DNA from: Azolla caroliniana
Taxonomy: Eukaryota; Plantae; Polypodiophyta
Assembly: GCA_043228905.1 (NCBI GenBank)
Contig: JBHGNT010000017.1
Span: 7,192,001-7,256,000 of the forward strand
Length of the DNA stretch: 64,000 nucleotides
Direction of reading: 5' to 3'
A model generated the notes under the pieces. It was given only the letters and a program-made list of their open reading frames with translations. It was not told the DNA's origin and searched no databases. The position numbers and the translations under genes are program-made. Below, piece by piece: positions 39,250 to 52,627 of the stretch. How positions within the stretch are numbered: the stretch's first letter is position 1; every line of letters begins with the position of its first letter.

Positions 39250-41545
39250 TTTCTGGCGGGTAGATCAACACAGCTTCTGATTTGCCGATTTTAGGGCCCT
39301 CTTGGTCGACTCAGACTTCATTTCTGAAGGTCCATCTTTGTTCTTTCCGGTGTCGGATTCGCTCTGATCCGACTCTTCCTTGTCTATGATGTATTCCGGA
39401 AGAAGAATGATGTATTCCAGCATCTTCTTCTTCCCTTTCTCTTTGCGCGTAAACCATCTCCTCGGTTCCTTGCATGGTGATTGCACAATCCAGTCTCCAC
39501 TACTCGCCGACTCATCATTCGACTGGTCATTCCAAGTCAGTCTCTCATTTGACCCGCTTAGCCGGAATGAGATCAAACTCTCTTCTAGAGTGTCAATATA
39601 TTCTTCTTCTTCTTCTTCCCGAATCATTTCGGGTTCACCAATCTCATTTTCGGTGATTAGGTGATCAGAGTTGTCGGGGGTCAGAGTCAATAGAGAGTAC
39701 CATGATGCCAACTCATCAAATTCGACATCTTGGCATACTCGAACTTCTTTGGTCCGGGGATTATAACACTTATACCCTGTTTGTTCATGTGAGTAGCCGA
39801 CTAAAGTACACTTCTTCGACTTGGGGTCCAAGTTCCTCCTCCTCTCATCGGGCACATGCACATAGGCTATGTTGTCGAATACCCTCAGGTGTCTTAAGTT
39901 TGGCTTCTGCCTGAAATACAACCCGTGTGATGACACCTTCTCCACGATCCGGTTTTGGATGTAGACCGTGGTTCGAACCGCTTTGGCCTAGTAGAATTTG
40001 GGCATGCTCTTCTCCTCCAGCATTGCCCTTGCCACTTCCACAATTGACCGGTTCTTCCTTTCGACTACACCGTTTTGTTCCGGCGTATATCTACAGCTGA
40101 ACTCTCTCCAAATTCCCATTTGTCATAGATAACTCTTGAATTGTCCGGAAAAGTGTTCCTTTTTCTCATCCAACCACTGACAATTAATCTTCTTCTCTAT
40201 TTCCCTTTCGACTAAGCTTTGTAAGTTCCAGAAATAGTCAAAGACTTCCCTTTTCTTCTCAATGAGGTAGATCTATGTGTGCCGGTTGTAGTCGTCGATG
40301 AAGGAGACGAAGTATCGACTCCCACCAAGACTCACATTTTGTGTCGGTTCCCATACATCTGAATGTATCAAGTCGAGCTTGTTCCGGCTCCGGTTTCGGA
40401 TTCAACAATCCAAACACTACTTGTTTTGATTGTAGTTCCTGAATCCTTTGGTAGTTGACGTGACAGATCCGCTTGTGCCATAAGTCGATATCTGACTTGA
40501 CTTTTTTTGTCCGGAGTCAATGTTCCACACCTCGTATGATTGTGAGGTGATCTTTTTCATTGAGTTTGCCTTGTGTTTCATCACGAAGTTTGGCCATTTT
40601 CCATTCTTTTCAGTTCCGGATCCTTCCAATCCTCCAACGTAGTGTGATTGCTGTCGGCTCCCTTTTCCAGCTCTGCCGGATTCGAATTTGTCCGGATCGG
40701 CCTTCTTCTTCCAACATTCACTCTCTTTGTGGCCCTTCTTGCCACAATACCAACATTCTGTGTCCCCCTTTGCTTGCCAGTTTCTGGTGCTGCCTTGACT
40801 CCCCCTACTTGTGGAGGGTTCAGAACTATTGTCGGCACCACTTTTGTGCCTTCTTTCATGCTCTTGTCAGTCACCACTGTTGATGTCGATCCACCTCATC
40901 CGCCACGCCCACAGGGCCGATCTGCCTCCGTGTACAGCATCTGGTTGTCCAATTGAGTGGTCTTTGACCCACTCGCGTGGTTTTCTTCGACCATCAACAT
41001 CGATTGCAAGTCGAAGAAGGATGGTGGCTTCTCTCGGGTGCATATCAATGTCCGGATTGGCCCGTACCTCTACGCTAGACCACTGAGGCAGATCTGCGCT
41101 ATTTCATCTTCGTCCACCGTTAGATTGATGAACCCCTAGATCGTCACGGATCTCCTTTATTTTGGTGTTGTAGTCTATGACCGACATGTCCCTTTGCCGG
41201 ATGTTGTTGAGCTCTTGCCGGAGCTGCAACTTCCGGGCCGTGGTACTGGCGGTGAAAATCCTTTTGAGATTTTCCCAGGCGTCCTTCGGCATTTTCACGT
41301 CTCTAATGTAGCCGAGCATTTGATCGTGCACACAGGACGCGAGGTAGTACACCACTCTGCTCACTGCTTGTTCCCATACCTAAAAGTTCTTGTGTGCCAG
41401 CTCCTGCGCTACTTCGTTTCCTCCATGTACATAACTCCAGTAGCCGTGCCCCAGTAGGTACTGGTGCATCTTGTACAACCAAGATGCTTAGTTGCTCTGA
41501 TTGAGTTGTTTTGTAGGAAGCGAGCTTGTCATGCTTCTATCCATG
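39250..41545 (-). pseudogene. Element A gag and integrase; protease largely deleted
   Basis: AWENLKRIF...RKLQLRQELNN, a CWYCGKKGH-type knuckle, WNIDSG directly fused to the pre-integrase region, KCTLVGYS. Confidence 0.88.
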
Positions 41546-41717
41546 TCTTTCTTCTTTCTTTCTTTCTTTACCGGAAAGCTCTTTGTCGGCATCAGAGGAT
41601 TTTCAACCCTCACGCTCTGATACCATGTAAAGAATAGCGTGCAGAATCTCGTACACACGACCGTCTCAACCGGATAGCAACAAAAATAGAACAAAGGTTG
41701 AATGGAAAGCTTCGAAG

Positions 41718-41753
<36 letters not shown>

Positions 41754-44700
41754 ATAGAAAACTCAATTTCAAAATGATACTCTATAAAAACTGTACATCG
41801 AATGTGCTCAGAGAGCACTTTTATACAAGTCCTTAAAGGGCTGACAAAAGTACTGACATGCACTTCAATGCTCATAAATGAGTGACTGACACTAACTCCT
41901 AAAACTATGACTATCTACTAGGCTAGGATCGTAGGCATGTATTGGACGGTTACGCACAAATCCAGACACCAATCCAGCTCTCCGTTCCAGACACCGATCC
42001 GGCTCTTCGTTCCGGGGCCTAGCCGATAGGTCTTCATCCGATCCAAATCTCGACTTGTTTAGGCGATCCGGCCCATGTTGCGCTTGTCCGCCTAACAATG
42101 TGTACATGCATAAGACAATGAATGTTGCATTACATGTTTCTAATAGGAAACCAAACTCTACTAAACTTTATGATAGATCACCTAGCGGCCATACATAAAA
42201 CTCTTCGAGACACAAACATGTTAGCCCACTATCGGAACCATCTATAAAAAAGTTGTAAGGGAACAATGAGCATACACAATCTAACATATAACAAATAGAA
42301 CCTTTCCAATTGTATTGCTTACCATGTTGTGAAGTAGGTTGAACTATTACATTCAGATAACTGTAAGCTTCCAGGAATTATCTAGTTATGTCATGTATTC
42401 TACTACTCATTAAGCATTCATTGGGATTTGATATGTAAACCTTTTTTCCATTTGCATCTTGATAGTCATTTATTTCAGTCTCATTTCATACATGCATTGT
42501 TCATGTTCTAGTTTATAACAAAAAATATCTATGTTGCAAGCATTGGTATTTGAGCTTCAAGGCACTCTTAAACAAAAGAATACAACACATTCTAGAACCT
42601 CTTTTGAGACATCATGAACAACGACATAGATACAAATGAAATTCACTCTAAATTTCAATAAACGCCTCGTTGTTAAAACATAGTGACCATAAAATTTCCA
42701 CGTGCAATTGTAACCTACAAGGATTGGAATAGAATCCGCACGTAGTGGATGAAATGTAACAAACGAGAACTACAAAACTTAGTCATGTAGGTGTGGAGAC
42801 TCTTGAATAAGGAATAATGCAAAAAAAATTGCTTTGCAACTTATCTTTCAAGGTTCTAGTTTAAAATGTTCTTTTTATGTTCCCATAATCTACAAAATTG
42901 TGAGCAAGGCTGAATTTGATTCCCACTTGTAAGAATAGAGTGCTTGACATTGCAAATATTTTCTATCTAGAAAGTCAATAGCTAATACTTTCTCTTGAAT
43001 GAATGTCTTTACAATTCATTTCCCTCGCAATAAGACTCGCTTTACTCTTAAGGAAACAATTTACTACATTTTCCATGAACTTCATGGCTTTAAAATAATA
43101 CAATTGCTTTTTTAATTTTTATAAAAGAGAATGTGGATAAAGAATCCAACTTAATGTAAAGATTACCATTTTCCTAGTCTTTGGTGCATGCCATGTTTTA
43201 TGGTCTCAATGACAACCAAGTGTTCGACTCACTATACCATTGTCACATTCTGTCACCTAATCATGTTTTATGTCCTCCCTATCTGAAGCTATGAAACAAT
43301 AAAGTTGTGAAAATCATGAATAGAACTTTGGCACTACCGCAGATTTGCATAGCAAACCTTATTTGAGCCTATCTTTGTACAATATACATAAACAAATACA
43401 TATTTTTCCACACCGTACTTACATATCCCTCATGATATCCTTTCTCCTATCTTAATGTATCCTACTAATGTTCCTAGTTCCATCTTTTGATGTTCGTGAA
43501 AATCTCAGTGCTTATACTTGGTGGGAGTTCTTGTTGCCTTTGAGGTTCCATGTCAAGGTTCGTGGTATTTTTGAACAAGAAGAGTGTGGATTTATGTACC
43601 CTTTACATCTTAACTTGCTACTATGATGTGAAAGCCATCACATCCAAATGCTTTTGTTTAAATAAAGTATGTAACTACTAAAATTTGGCTCTTTTCTCAT
43701 CTTTAAAGTGTGTGCTGATTTTCTACAGGAGGCCCATGTGCTCATTGTTCCCTTTATGCTATACTTATTAGACCTTTTGATGGCATGTCATCTCAAACAA
43801 CTTGTAAGGTTGCCAAGTGCTTATGAAATTTCCAAAGAAATGTGACATGCAATATTGAATGTTGAGGCACAATGCAATTTGGAGGTGCTTCTTAACCTTG
43901 CTTTTGGTATTCATGATCATTGACGGGTGTGGCCTAAGCAAGTAATTTATTTCTTTTTTCACCATTTTTTATTATTAAGAGGGTAAATCGAGATAAAATA
44001 TCATTCTCATGTTGTGTTGCACTTTGATTTATTGTATGCAACTTGCTCATGGCACAAACGTGCAAATATTGTAAGGCACACAAAGGGTAGGAAAGACACT
44101 CACACAAAGAAATGATGGTATCACAATAATAATGCAATTCTACCATATGTAGAGTATTTAGACATGGTATAATTATATAATTGTAAAGGCATGGTAGTGA
44201 CAAACAAAGGATTGTCCTCAAAGTATGGAAAATTGAACTATACTCAATATTGGAACCAACAAACCATGAATTAATCATTGTACGATTGGATAATGTATCA
44301 CCATAGCCTACACCTTCGGATTTGTTAGCTAAACGTACAATTTCAACACATTGTACATTGTCGTTTACTATGTGTATTTGAAACATTCTATAGACAATGA
44401 TTTTCCTCACATGAAATAAACATTAAAGGCAACCCATCACTTAGAAGTTTTAGGTTCTTTGAAGGGCGACATGTCACATGATGCTTATCTCATGCAAGAC
44501 AAACGGGACATGGTTCTCCCCTCACATGATATAATCCATAGGTCGTTTCAACCTATGTTCAATGAAATACGAATAATTTACAGTACATAATCCACAAATC
44601 CAACAAGTATTCAAACACTTATAATGTTCCAATTTTTATGGAAAAAAAAACACTTATAATGTTCCTACTTTATATGACATAATCCATAGTTTGAACTTTA

Positions 44701-46105
44701 GACATATATTCAAAGACCTATCATGTTCCATATTTGTATTTGAATCTATGTCTACATTCAAAGGAGAGTGAATGCATAGAACTCTTTTATTTTCTCTTAC
44801 TTGCAATTCCCTCTTGGAACATTATTGGTCTACTTCACAAATATTTGCCGCACACAAAATAGCCATAGCTTGTGGCCCATGATTCACAAGGTCAAGTATT
44901 TTTTCATTGTTTAGACAACCCTTATCACTTAAGAGTCAAGTCCATTTGGGACACATGAAATAATCCATAGTTTGACCTTTTGTCCAAACTCTTATCCCCA
45001 TTGTCTTGTTTATAACTCATAAATGTTTTTGCATGACTTTTCTGTGGAGGTCTGTCTATATGTGTAGCTTTAGTTTATCCATAATGTATGTTGAAATTAT
45101 GACAATTTGTTTTTGATAATGTTATTATAAAATTTCCATACTTTATCTTTTTAATTAGTGAAACATGATAATGATGAGGCACGGATGTGTCTGGTATACA
45201 AGATTAATTTCTGAACATCTATGTATGTAGCCTAGTAATTGTAAAACATAGTTTAGAGTTTGATAAAGATTATATATTTGTGGGGTACAAATCAATGACT
45301 AAATTGTGTACCACATTGATATATACATTCCAACTTCTTAATGACCCAATGTTTGTATGTCACGAGATTTGACTCCCTTATCATATAATATAATTTGTTA
45401 AATTATTAATATATCATGTTTAAGTGATGAAGAATATGTTCTAGGTACTTGATTTGGAAACTGATATCTTGATTGCAATGGTGACAGTTTGCTATATTTT
45501 TGCAGTTAAGAATCTGCAAGCATTGACCGTCGATAATGGTAGGGCAATTGTTTTATAGAGTGGGTACACTAGAAAAGAAGGGTGCCCCATAGGTCCATGG
45601 GTAGCTTTTAGTGTGCAAAGGTTGGTTGCACACCATAAACCACACACAATATATAAAAACTTGGGAGCGCGCCGATCGAGAGTTTAACTAACTCGAAGAA
45701 AAATGACATTTATTACACAGCATAAAACGAAGTGGCCTTTCTGGAGGCTAATGTTAAGGAAAACTAATGTTCTAGAAGAGCATCTTTAATTTATTTCAAC
45801 AACCCAACTCATTTTACAAACCCACATGCCATGAGAGCCACCATGGGCCATGGTTCATTGGCTATAAAAGTGTAAAAGTCATCACCTTTCAGACATTGAT
45901 AACTTTTTCACGGAATCCAATAGCTTAAAAGGCGACAAGACATGTGTGTCCTTTAGAGGGGAGTAACTCGAACCGAAGTAAAGCAAGTTTTCTTTTTACG
46001 AAATTGATTCAAAAAAGGCATAGCGATATGATATCCAAACATGAAAAGCGACGAATGTATTCTTTGTAGACACGAGGGTTTTTGTTGCAATAAGCATCAT
46101 GCCTC

Positions 46106-46445
46106 TTAAAGACAAAATCTATTGTTTCGGAAGCCTAGTGTTTGATGGTGTAATAAGTAGAGCCTGCAAACTAGAGACATGATAGGCTATTTTAGCATCG
46201 GTCATGTCTCGGATGACAACAAATGTTGATTAGGTCGTGTGCCGCCATTGGTTTAAAGACGAAATCTATTGTTTTGAAAGCCTAGTGTTTGATGGTGTAA
46301 TACGTAGAGCTTGCAAACTAGAGATAACTACAGGCTCACTTAGCATCAGTCATGTCTCGAATCCTTTTCTGATGGATGGATCGTTCTAGAAGGTCACAAA
46401 CACCCGCTCCACTGGCTGATTAGGTTGTGTGCCGCCATTGGTTTA
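46106..46445. repeat. Diverged direct duplication of about 150 bp (second copy has an insertion)
   Basis: AAATCTATTGTTT...GCCTAGTGTTTGATGGTGTAATA...GTGTGCCGCCATTGGTTTA occurs twice. Confidence 0.85.
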
Positions 46446-46604
46446 GAGTTGTTGCACCATGCTAGTGAGTAGCCCTAAATTATGAGGGGGCAGGTTAGGG
46501 CCATCATTAGGGTTTTGGAGGAGGTGGGAAAAAAACGGGGCCGAGCCCATAAACGCATCTATCTTGTCATGGGAATATATGGAGGTGGTTTTGATGTATT
46601 TCCT

Positions 46605-46830
46605 CTGGGCCCCCGGGCCGGCCCACGTAGGGACTTTTAAAAACATATCAAGAGAGAGCTCCGGTCACGTCCAGGGGAGGCCAATGTAAAGAGCATGGAG
46701 AGCCTGTCACGTGGATAGTGACGAGGCGCCACGTCTGCCATCGAAAGTCCCCGAAGTCGACACGTGGCGGATAGTGAATGGGGGGAGGAGGGGGCCGAGG
46801 GAGGGAGAACCACGTCAGCGTCTGACGTGG
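46605..46830 (+). promoter_or_regulatory. GC-rich proximal promoter of the TOR1-like gene: site-II-like GGCCC motifs and seven ACGT cores
   Basis: ACGT at 46625, 46667, 46709, 46731, 46762, 46812 and 46825, including CACGTGGC and the palindrome CCACGTCAG-CGT-CTGACGTGG. Confidence 0.6.
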
Positions 46831-46970
46831 ACTCTGCAGATGTTGCTCCATAAAAACGGGAGGAAGAAGAAGGAAGAAGAAGAAGAAGGAAGAAGAAGAA
46901 GAAGAGGAGCCTCCTTCCCCTGTTTCTCCCTCTGTCACTCTTCTGATTCTTCTTTTCTTTCCTTTCTTCC

Positions 46971-48549
46971 ATGGCTGCGCAGTCTAAGAGCAATTCTGTG
47001 AATGGCAAGAGCAGCAGCGATAGACGTACGCTCCAGCTACTCAGGCTTCGTATCATGGCATCTCTGAATAAGCTCTCGGATCGCGACACCTCCCGCATCG
47101 CAGTAGAGGAGCTCCACCTCCTCTGTGGCCAAATCAGCCTACCTCAATTTCCTGCAGCAGAAGGTATCATCACCATTCCTCTCTTCCTTTCTTGCCTTTA
47201 CGAGACCTTGTCCGCATCGGATGCTGCTCACGACCAGAGGCCCGTCGTGAAGAAGGAATGCGTGAGAATGTTCGGGAAGCTCGCATCTCTCCATGGAGAT
47301 AAGCTGTCTCCTCACTTGCCGAGGATCATCCCGCACATCATGAGGCGTCTCCGAGATCCCGATTCTGGTGTCCGGGACATGTGTGCGGATGTGATGGGAG
47401 TCTTGTCTGCGAAAGTTTCCCCACCACATAAACATAAAAGCAGAAAGAGAAGAGAAGAAGAAGAAGAAGAAGAAGATGATGATGATGATGAAGAAGAAGA
47501 TGAAGAAGAAGCAAAGAAAATGGATGTGAACTCCTTTAATTCCCTTAACTTCTTTGCGGACCCTCTCTTCGACACACTGAATGCCGGAAATGAGAGTCGA
47601 AACATGCAAATCGGGGCCTCCATGTGCCTTGCTCGAGTCATAGATAATATTAGGTTCAATCCTTCTCCCTCGTCTTCCCAACGCATGTGTCACCGCGTTC
47701 TCAAGCTTTTAAACAGCCCGAGGTTCCATGCAAAAGCAGCCTTGCTGCCCGCCATAGCCCACATTGTTCAGGTAAATGGTTAAAGTAAATGATTGTATTC
47801 TCAATGGACATGTTTTTAGACTGTCGGGACATAAGAGAATTTGTATGCCCCTAGTGTCCATCATTGGTATCTCGAGCTTCCCCTTCACATTTTGGGACTT
47901 TTGTAGTCTGAATTCTGACTATAGCTAATTGTCTTTTAAGTTATGTAGCCCAAGGAACTGAACTTCTCATGTTTCATAAGAATTAACTTTGTGTATAGCC
48001 TTGCCATTATAATTGCTCTGAATCCTTAAGGGTATATTTACATATCCATGTTGAATTGCAAACAAGGAAACCATAAACACCACAAATGTTAAAATTGCTT
48101 TGCATTTTGACTATGTTTTCAGTCAGGTGGAGCCTCAACCTATGAGTGTCTATCTATGGTAATGGCATGTGTCCAAGAGTGTCTCAAGAGCACTGATTGG
48201 GGAACACGGAAGGCGGCCTCGGAAACACTTCTGGCCATTTCCACAGCGCGGGATAGTCATCTATCCCTAGCTATGTATAAACCTTCAGTCCTCGATGCAC
48301 TCAAGCATTGTAGATATGACAAGGTTTGATTTTTAATACATAGTCTCCATAATTTTGTCCTGGTTTGAAATCTTCTTCTCATCCGTTTTGTATAAACCCT
48401 AGCTCTGGTTTGATAGGTGAAACCGGTCCGTGACACAGTGATCCGGACCTTGCAAGCTTGGAAAACCATGATGGAGCCAGGAAGTGTCGATTTAGATTGT
48501 TTCGAAAGAAAAGCTGAGGGTCCAAAAGGAAGTGTTCAGAGCTCGGTCA

Positions 48550-48582
<33 letters not shown>

Positions 48583-49047
48583 TGGCATCAAAATTGACTT
48601 CGAATTCAACATCAACATCATCATCATCGCCTTCGTCATGGTGTGTGGATTCATCTTCCCAATTGGAAGAGGTTGAAATGGGTTCTTGGTCACTAGAAGA
48701 AACTTGCAGACATGATAATGATTCAAGTAATACCATTGTGGATGCTCATGATGTTTGCAATACCTCAGAGAAGGATTCGGCCCTCATAAGGAGTTGCTTG
48801 GCTCGCATAGAGACGCGACAAGCAAGTATACTGGAGTTGTTACAGGTATAAATTTTGAACAATGTGGTCACTACTTCCTCATAGTTCTTTTAATCTTTTC
48901 CCCATTGTAACATCATCAAATTTTTTATGATTGCAACAGAAATTCATGGAAAGGTCGGATGAGACCTTCCTCAAGTTGGATGGAAGGATTGATGTCGTTG
49001 AGTCAAGTATGTGTCAACAAGTAACATCAATAAGGAGACCTCACTAG
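46971..49047 (+). CDS. TOR1L: TORTIFOLIA1/SPIRAL2-like HEAT-repeat microtubule-associated protein, about 512 aa; exons 46971-47771, 48123-48323, 48417-48845, 48940-49047
   Basis: RIMASLNKLSDRDT..IAVEEL, KKECVR, IMRRLRDPDSGVRD.C, DWGTRKAASETL, CRYDK|VKPVRD, and coiled coil LARIETRQASILELLQ|KFM..S. Phase-0 GT-AG introns. The 3' end is less certain. Confidence 0.88.
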
Positions 49048-49461
49048 GCGCTATATGATGCCAATGGGTCGACATGTAATGTGAATGAGGAGACCTTACT
49101 AGGGGTATATAATGTAGTGATTTTTTGAAACCTAGCACTTTTGTACAAAGATACATATCACCTTGTTATATCATATAAGGAAGCTTCTTGCCAAAACATG
49201 TTGATGTGTATCAGAATGTCAAAGACATGTCCACTTTTGGTTTCAAACTTACCTGTATCTGGTTGGCAAAAATTTCGAGCTCTTAATCATTTGCAAGTTA
49301 AGATTTTAATCACATAGTGTTTTGAGATCCTAATCACATAATTAACCTTCTAGCTAGAAATTTGCAAATTAAGATGCCAAATTCTCTCAAATAAGACATG
49401 CCCACTTTCTAACTAGAAGCACAATTAGCAAATTCAAACCTTAATTCATTGAATTACGACA

Positions 49462-49529
49462 GAGCAATTATTAATTAAATCTTGTAATAGCTTATGTGAG
49501 AGCAATTATTAATTAAATCTTGTAATAGC
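49462..49529. repeat. Short direct duplication, GAGCAATTATTAATTAAATCTTGTAATAGC x2
   Basis: Directly visible. Confidence 0.85.
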
Positions 49530-51949
49530 AACCTTTGCCCCTTTAAATTATTGCAAAAAATTACTTGATAGCATCACATATGTTTTTCATGGTATAATTG
49601 TGCTTGATCATAATTTTCATGTGATAAGGAACCTAGCCTTGATCAAACATATATATATGTATGTATAGGTAAATTTGAAAATGAGCAAAGCTGGTTTTTT
49701 TTCTTTATTCCGAAAAAGAGCTAAGCATGCGTTTTATTTTATTTCCAATACATATCAACATATTATGGTGATTTTCCCTATTAGTTACCACATAGGAGAC
49801 AATTTAGGTTACATATTTGATGCTCAATGCATTCCCTCTAGAGAATTTTGTGACATAAGTTTATGAGAGAAATAGAATGAAGAAGCCCAACTCAATTCAT
49901 TCCATGTTCATATGGAATGTTATGACTTGTTTTTTCAAAGAACCTAATAACAATACTTCATTACAATGTTTGCAAAAAATATTTTGTAATATATAAGTAC
50001 AAGACACATTGAAGTTCATTTATTGTCATGACCTTTGAATTTGAGAATTTGGCAGCATTGTCATTTGAAATTGCGCTCCTATGCTCTTTTATTAAGATAT
50101 ATTGTTCTAGTCTATTTTATCAAGTATGTACTCTACCGAGTATTTGTTTGTGCATCCTCTTTTTTCTATAGAACCTAACATTTATTCTCTTTTGTCAAAT
50201 ATGTACATTGCCATGTAACATGGTTCTATACTAGCTATTTGATAGAGTTGTGAAGGAGGAGTTAGATCAACAAATGTCAGGGATCAAACAAGGTTTGTGA
50301 TTGCTCGGTTGGTGGAGCAAATGCATTCAACAAGTTAGAGTGGAAGTGGGATTCTTGGTGGGGCCACAACCGCTCGCAATGTTGGAGTGGAAGCTATATG
50401 TGGTAAACTACATAATGTAGCAATTCAAAGTGACCAATATAATATATCAATATTAACTCTTGGACACTACACTTACAACAAATGTTGAGCTAGTGGGAAA
50501 CTAGTTCCAAAAGGAAGTGGCATTGATGACATACATTTGGTAAGTGACAAATAAGGAGGCAAGTGGAAAGATTTTGCCTAAATCTTCTATATTGTGGCAC
50601 TTTTGCGAACAATACCCAAATAAGAAGGTTAGGAATTGGGACAAAATTATAAAGACCTGTGACATGTGCGAATCAGTGTTGGTCAAGGAGCTTAAGGAGT
50701 TAATATATATAAAGGGGATTAAAACTAATATTTGGTGGCATATGATGTTGATAGTATTTTATGTTCATCTTATGTCTGTCACTCTATAATGGTCAATGTG
50801 GTTTAATCACCCTTAAACAATTCATTTCTTAATTTTAATGTTTATTATTTATCATTAGTATTCAATTAGTAATATTTGGCAACAATCCTTACTCTTAACC
50901 CATTTTACATGTTGGAACGTTAGTTAGAAATGAAGGAACAAGGGTTGTACCAAGGAAAGAAACAAAGGAGTAAAGACAAGATCAGAAAAGAGTGATTTAT
51001 AGCTCAATGTGAAATTGGCCAAAGGTGTTGTAAAAGCTGTAAATGACATGCATGAGTAATTCATGACCAACAAGTTAGTACCCCACCCTTGTGACAGATT
51101 GTTGCCAATGATTGTGGACGAGCCATACAAATTAGCAAAATGGTTCCAAAGTCACTTGTCACAATGACGATAATGACTACATTGAACTATTCAACTAAGT
51201 CTTAAGGGCTTATGAGTTGGTCTTGGATGGAACTAAGGTTGTTGCATTAGAATTAGCTCTAAACGGCCAAGCTAGTGTCTTGTTTAGGACATGCCCAAAA
51301 GCCATCTTGCATGGCTATGACTACATGGAGGGATTCCTCACTAATTTTGCAAAATGTGGAGAAAAATGGAAGCCTATAGACTTGCTGCTCTCTTTAAAGC
51401 ACGAAGTGATGAAGATCGTGCATGACTATATACCTTATACTACAAATTTGCATCATCAAATGATCACAAATTACAATGATAGATTGTTTGATGACAAACT
51501 TATTTGTGGGTCTTCTAGACCCAAGCCTACATAGTGTTTTTGGCACACTTTCTCCAATGATTTTTCTATATTGATGGTCATGGAGGATTCTATGGAAGGT
51601 GTTCAAATACCCACTACAACCACAACCAACCAAAGAGGAGTGGTACTACGAATTGACTCACATGTCCAACATAAGAAAGTGGAAGGATAAATGGAGTTCT
51701 CCATACTAGAAAAGATTTGATGCATTACAAGATATAATCGTCATACATTTAGAAATGTCCCTACCTAAACCAAATAGACAACAATTTTGTTAGTGGTAGA
51801 TAGATATATTTTAACATTCACAATAGATTGATTGTAATATAGAGATAGGACCTAGACCAACCTGTTGATCTAACTTGCTTTCCCTCAATTTCATGACTTT
51901 GATGATGCTACACACCAAGCTAACAACAAGGGAGACTACATGTAAATCG

Positions 51950-52234
51950 GTTGGTCATGAACTTTTTTAATGATATCCTCTACATGAGCAAAGAAAAAAA
52001 CCTCTAGGGTCTAGTTTTATATGCAAATAAGTTCTTGGGCAAGAGGGTAGGTTGCAAATTGGTGCCTAATCCATGAACACCAATTTCAAAGCTTGTTGAT
52101 CATGAACTTTGGTAATGATCTCCTCTACTTGAGCAAAAAAAGGACCTCTAGGGTCTACATTTATATGCAAGTAAGTGCATGAGAAAGAGGGTAGGTCGCA
52201 AGTTGGTGCCTAATCCATGACCACCAATTTCAAA
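51950..52234. repeat. Diverged tandem duplication, unit about 145 bp
   Basis: TCATGAACTTT...CCTCTAGGGTCTA...GAGGGTAGGT...TTGGTGCCTAATCCATGA..CCAATTTCAAA occurs twice. Confidence 0.85.
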
Positions 52235-52578
52235 TCATATGTACTAATTTGTAGATTGTGATAGCCACCATGTGATAGCAATGCTTAAACTTGTGACCTA
52301 TGTGTACATATGCCAAGGACTTAACCATTACGTCATAATTATTAAATTATAAGATTATATCATAATGGGTAGGATCGTAGAACATTCTAGAACGTCCTAG
52401 AACTTCTCGGAACATTCTAGAAGACCATAGAATGCTCCATGACCCACTATATAATGAAACCCCCTCACTCTTGTCGAATCATTAGGGTTTAACACCAATA
52501 TATATTTCCTTTCATTGTTACTCTCTCTATCTCTTTGTACTACTACTACTACTACTACCTCACCTATTTCTTTCCATC

Positions 52579-52623
<45 letters not shown>

Positions 52624-52627
<4 letters not shown>

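Larger units (their letters stand above)
25670..42097 (-). mobile_element. Ty1/copia element A (outer, oldest); 5' LTR 41626-42097, 3' LTR 25670-26123
   Basis: Paired LTRs with TG...CA ends. PBS TGGTATCAGAGC at 41614-41625. PPT GAGGGGGAG next to 26123. TSD TTGTG/ATGTG (4 of 5 match). Confidence 0.93.

Noticed and set aside
50250-51900. Coding-like decayed sequence, possibly a DNA-transposon gene or further TOR1-like exons
   Set aside because: No recognisable motif or consistent splice phase could be established.
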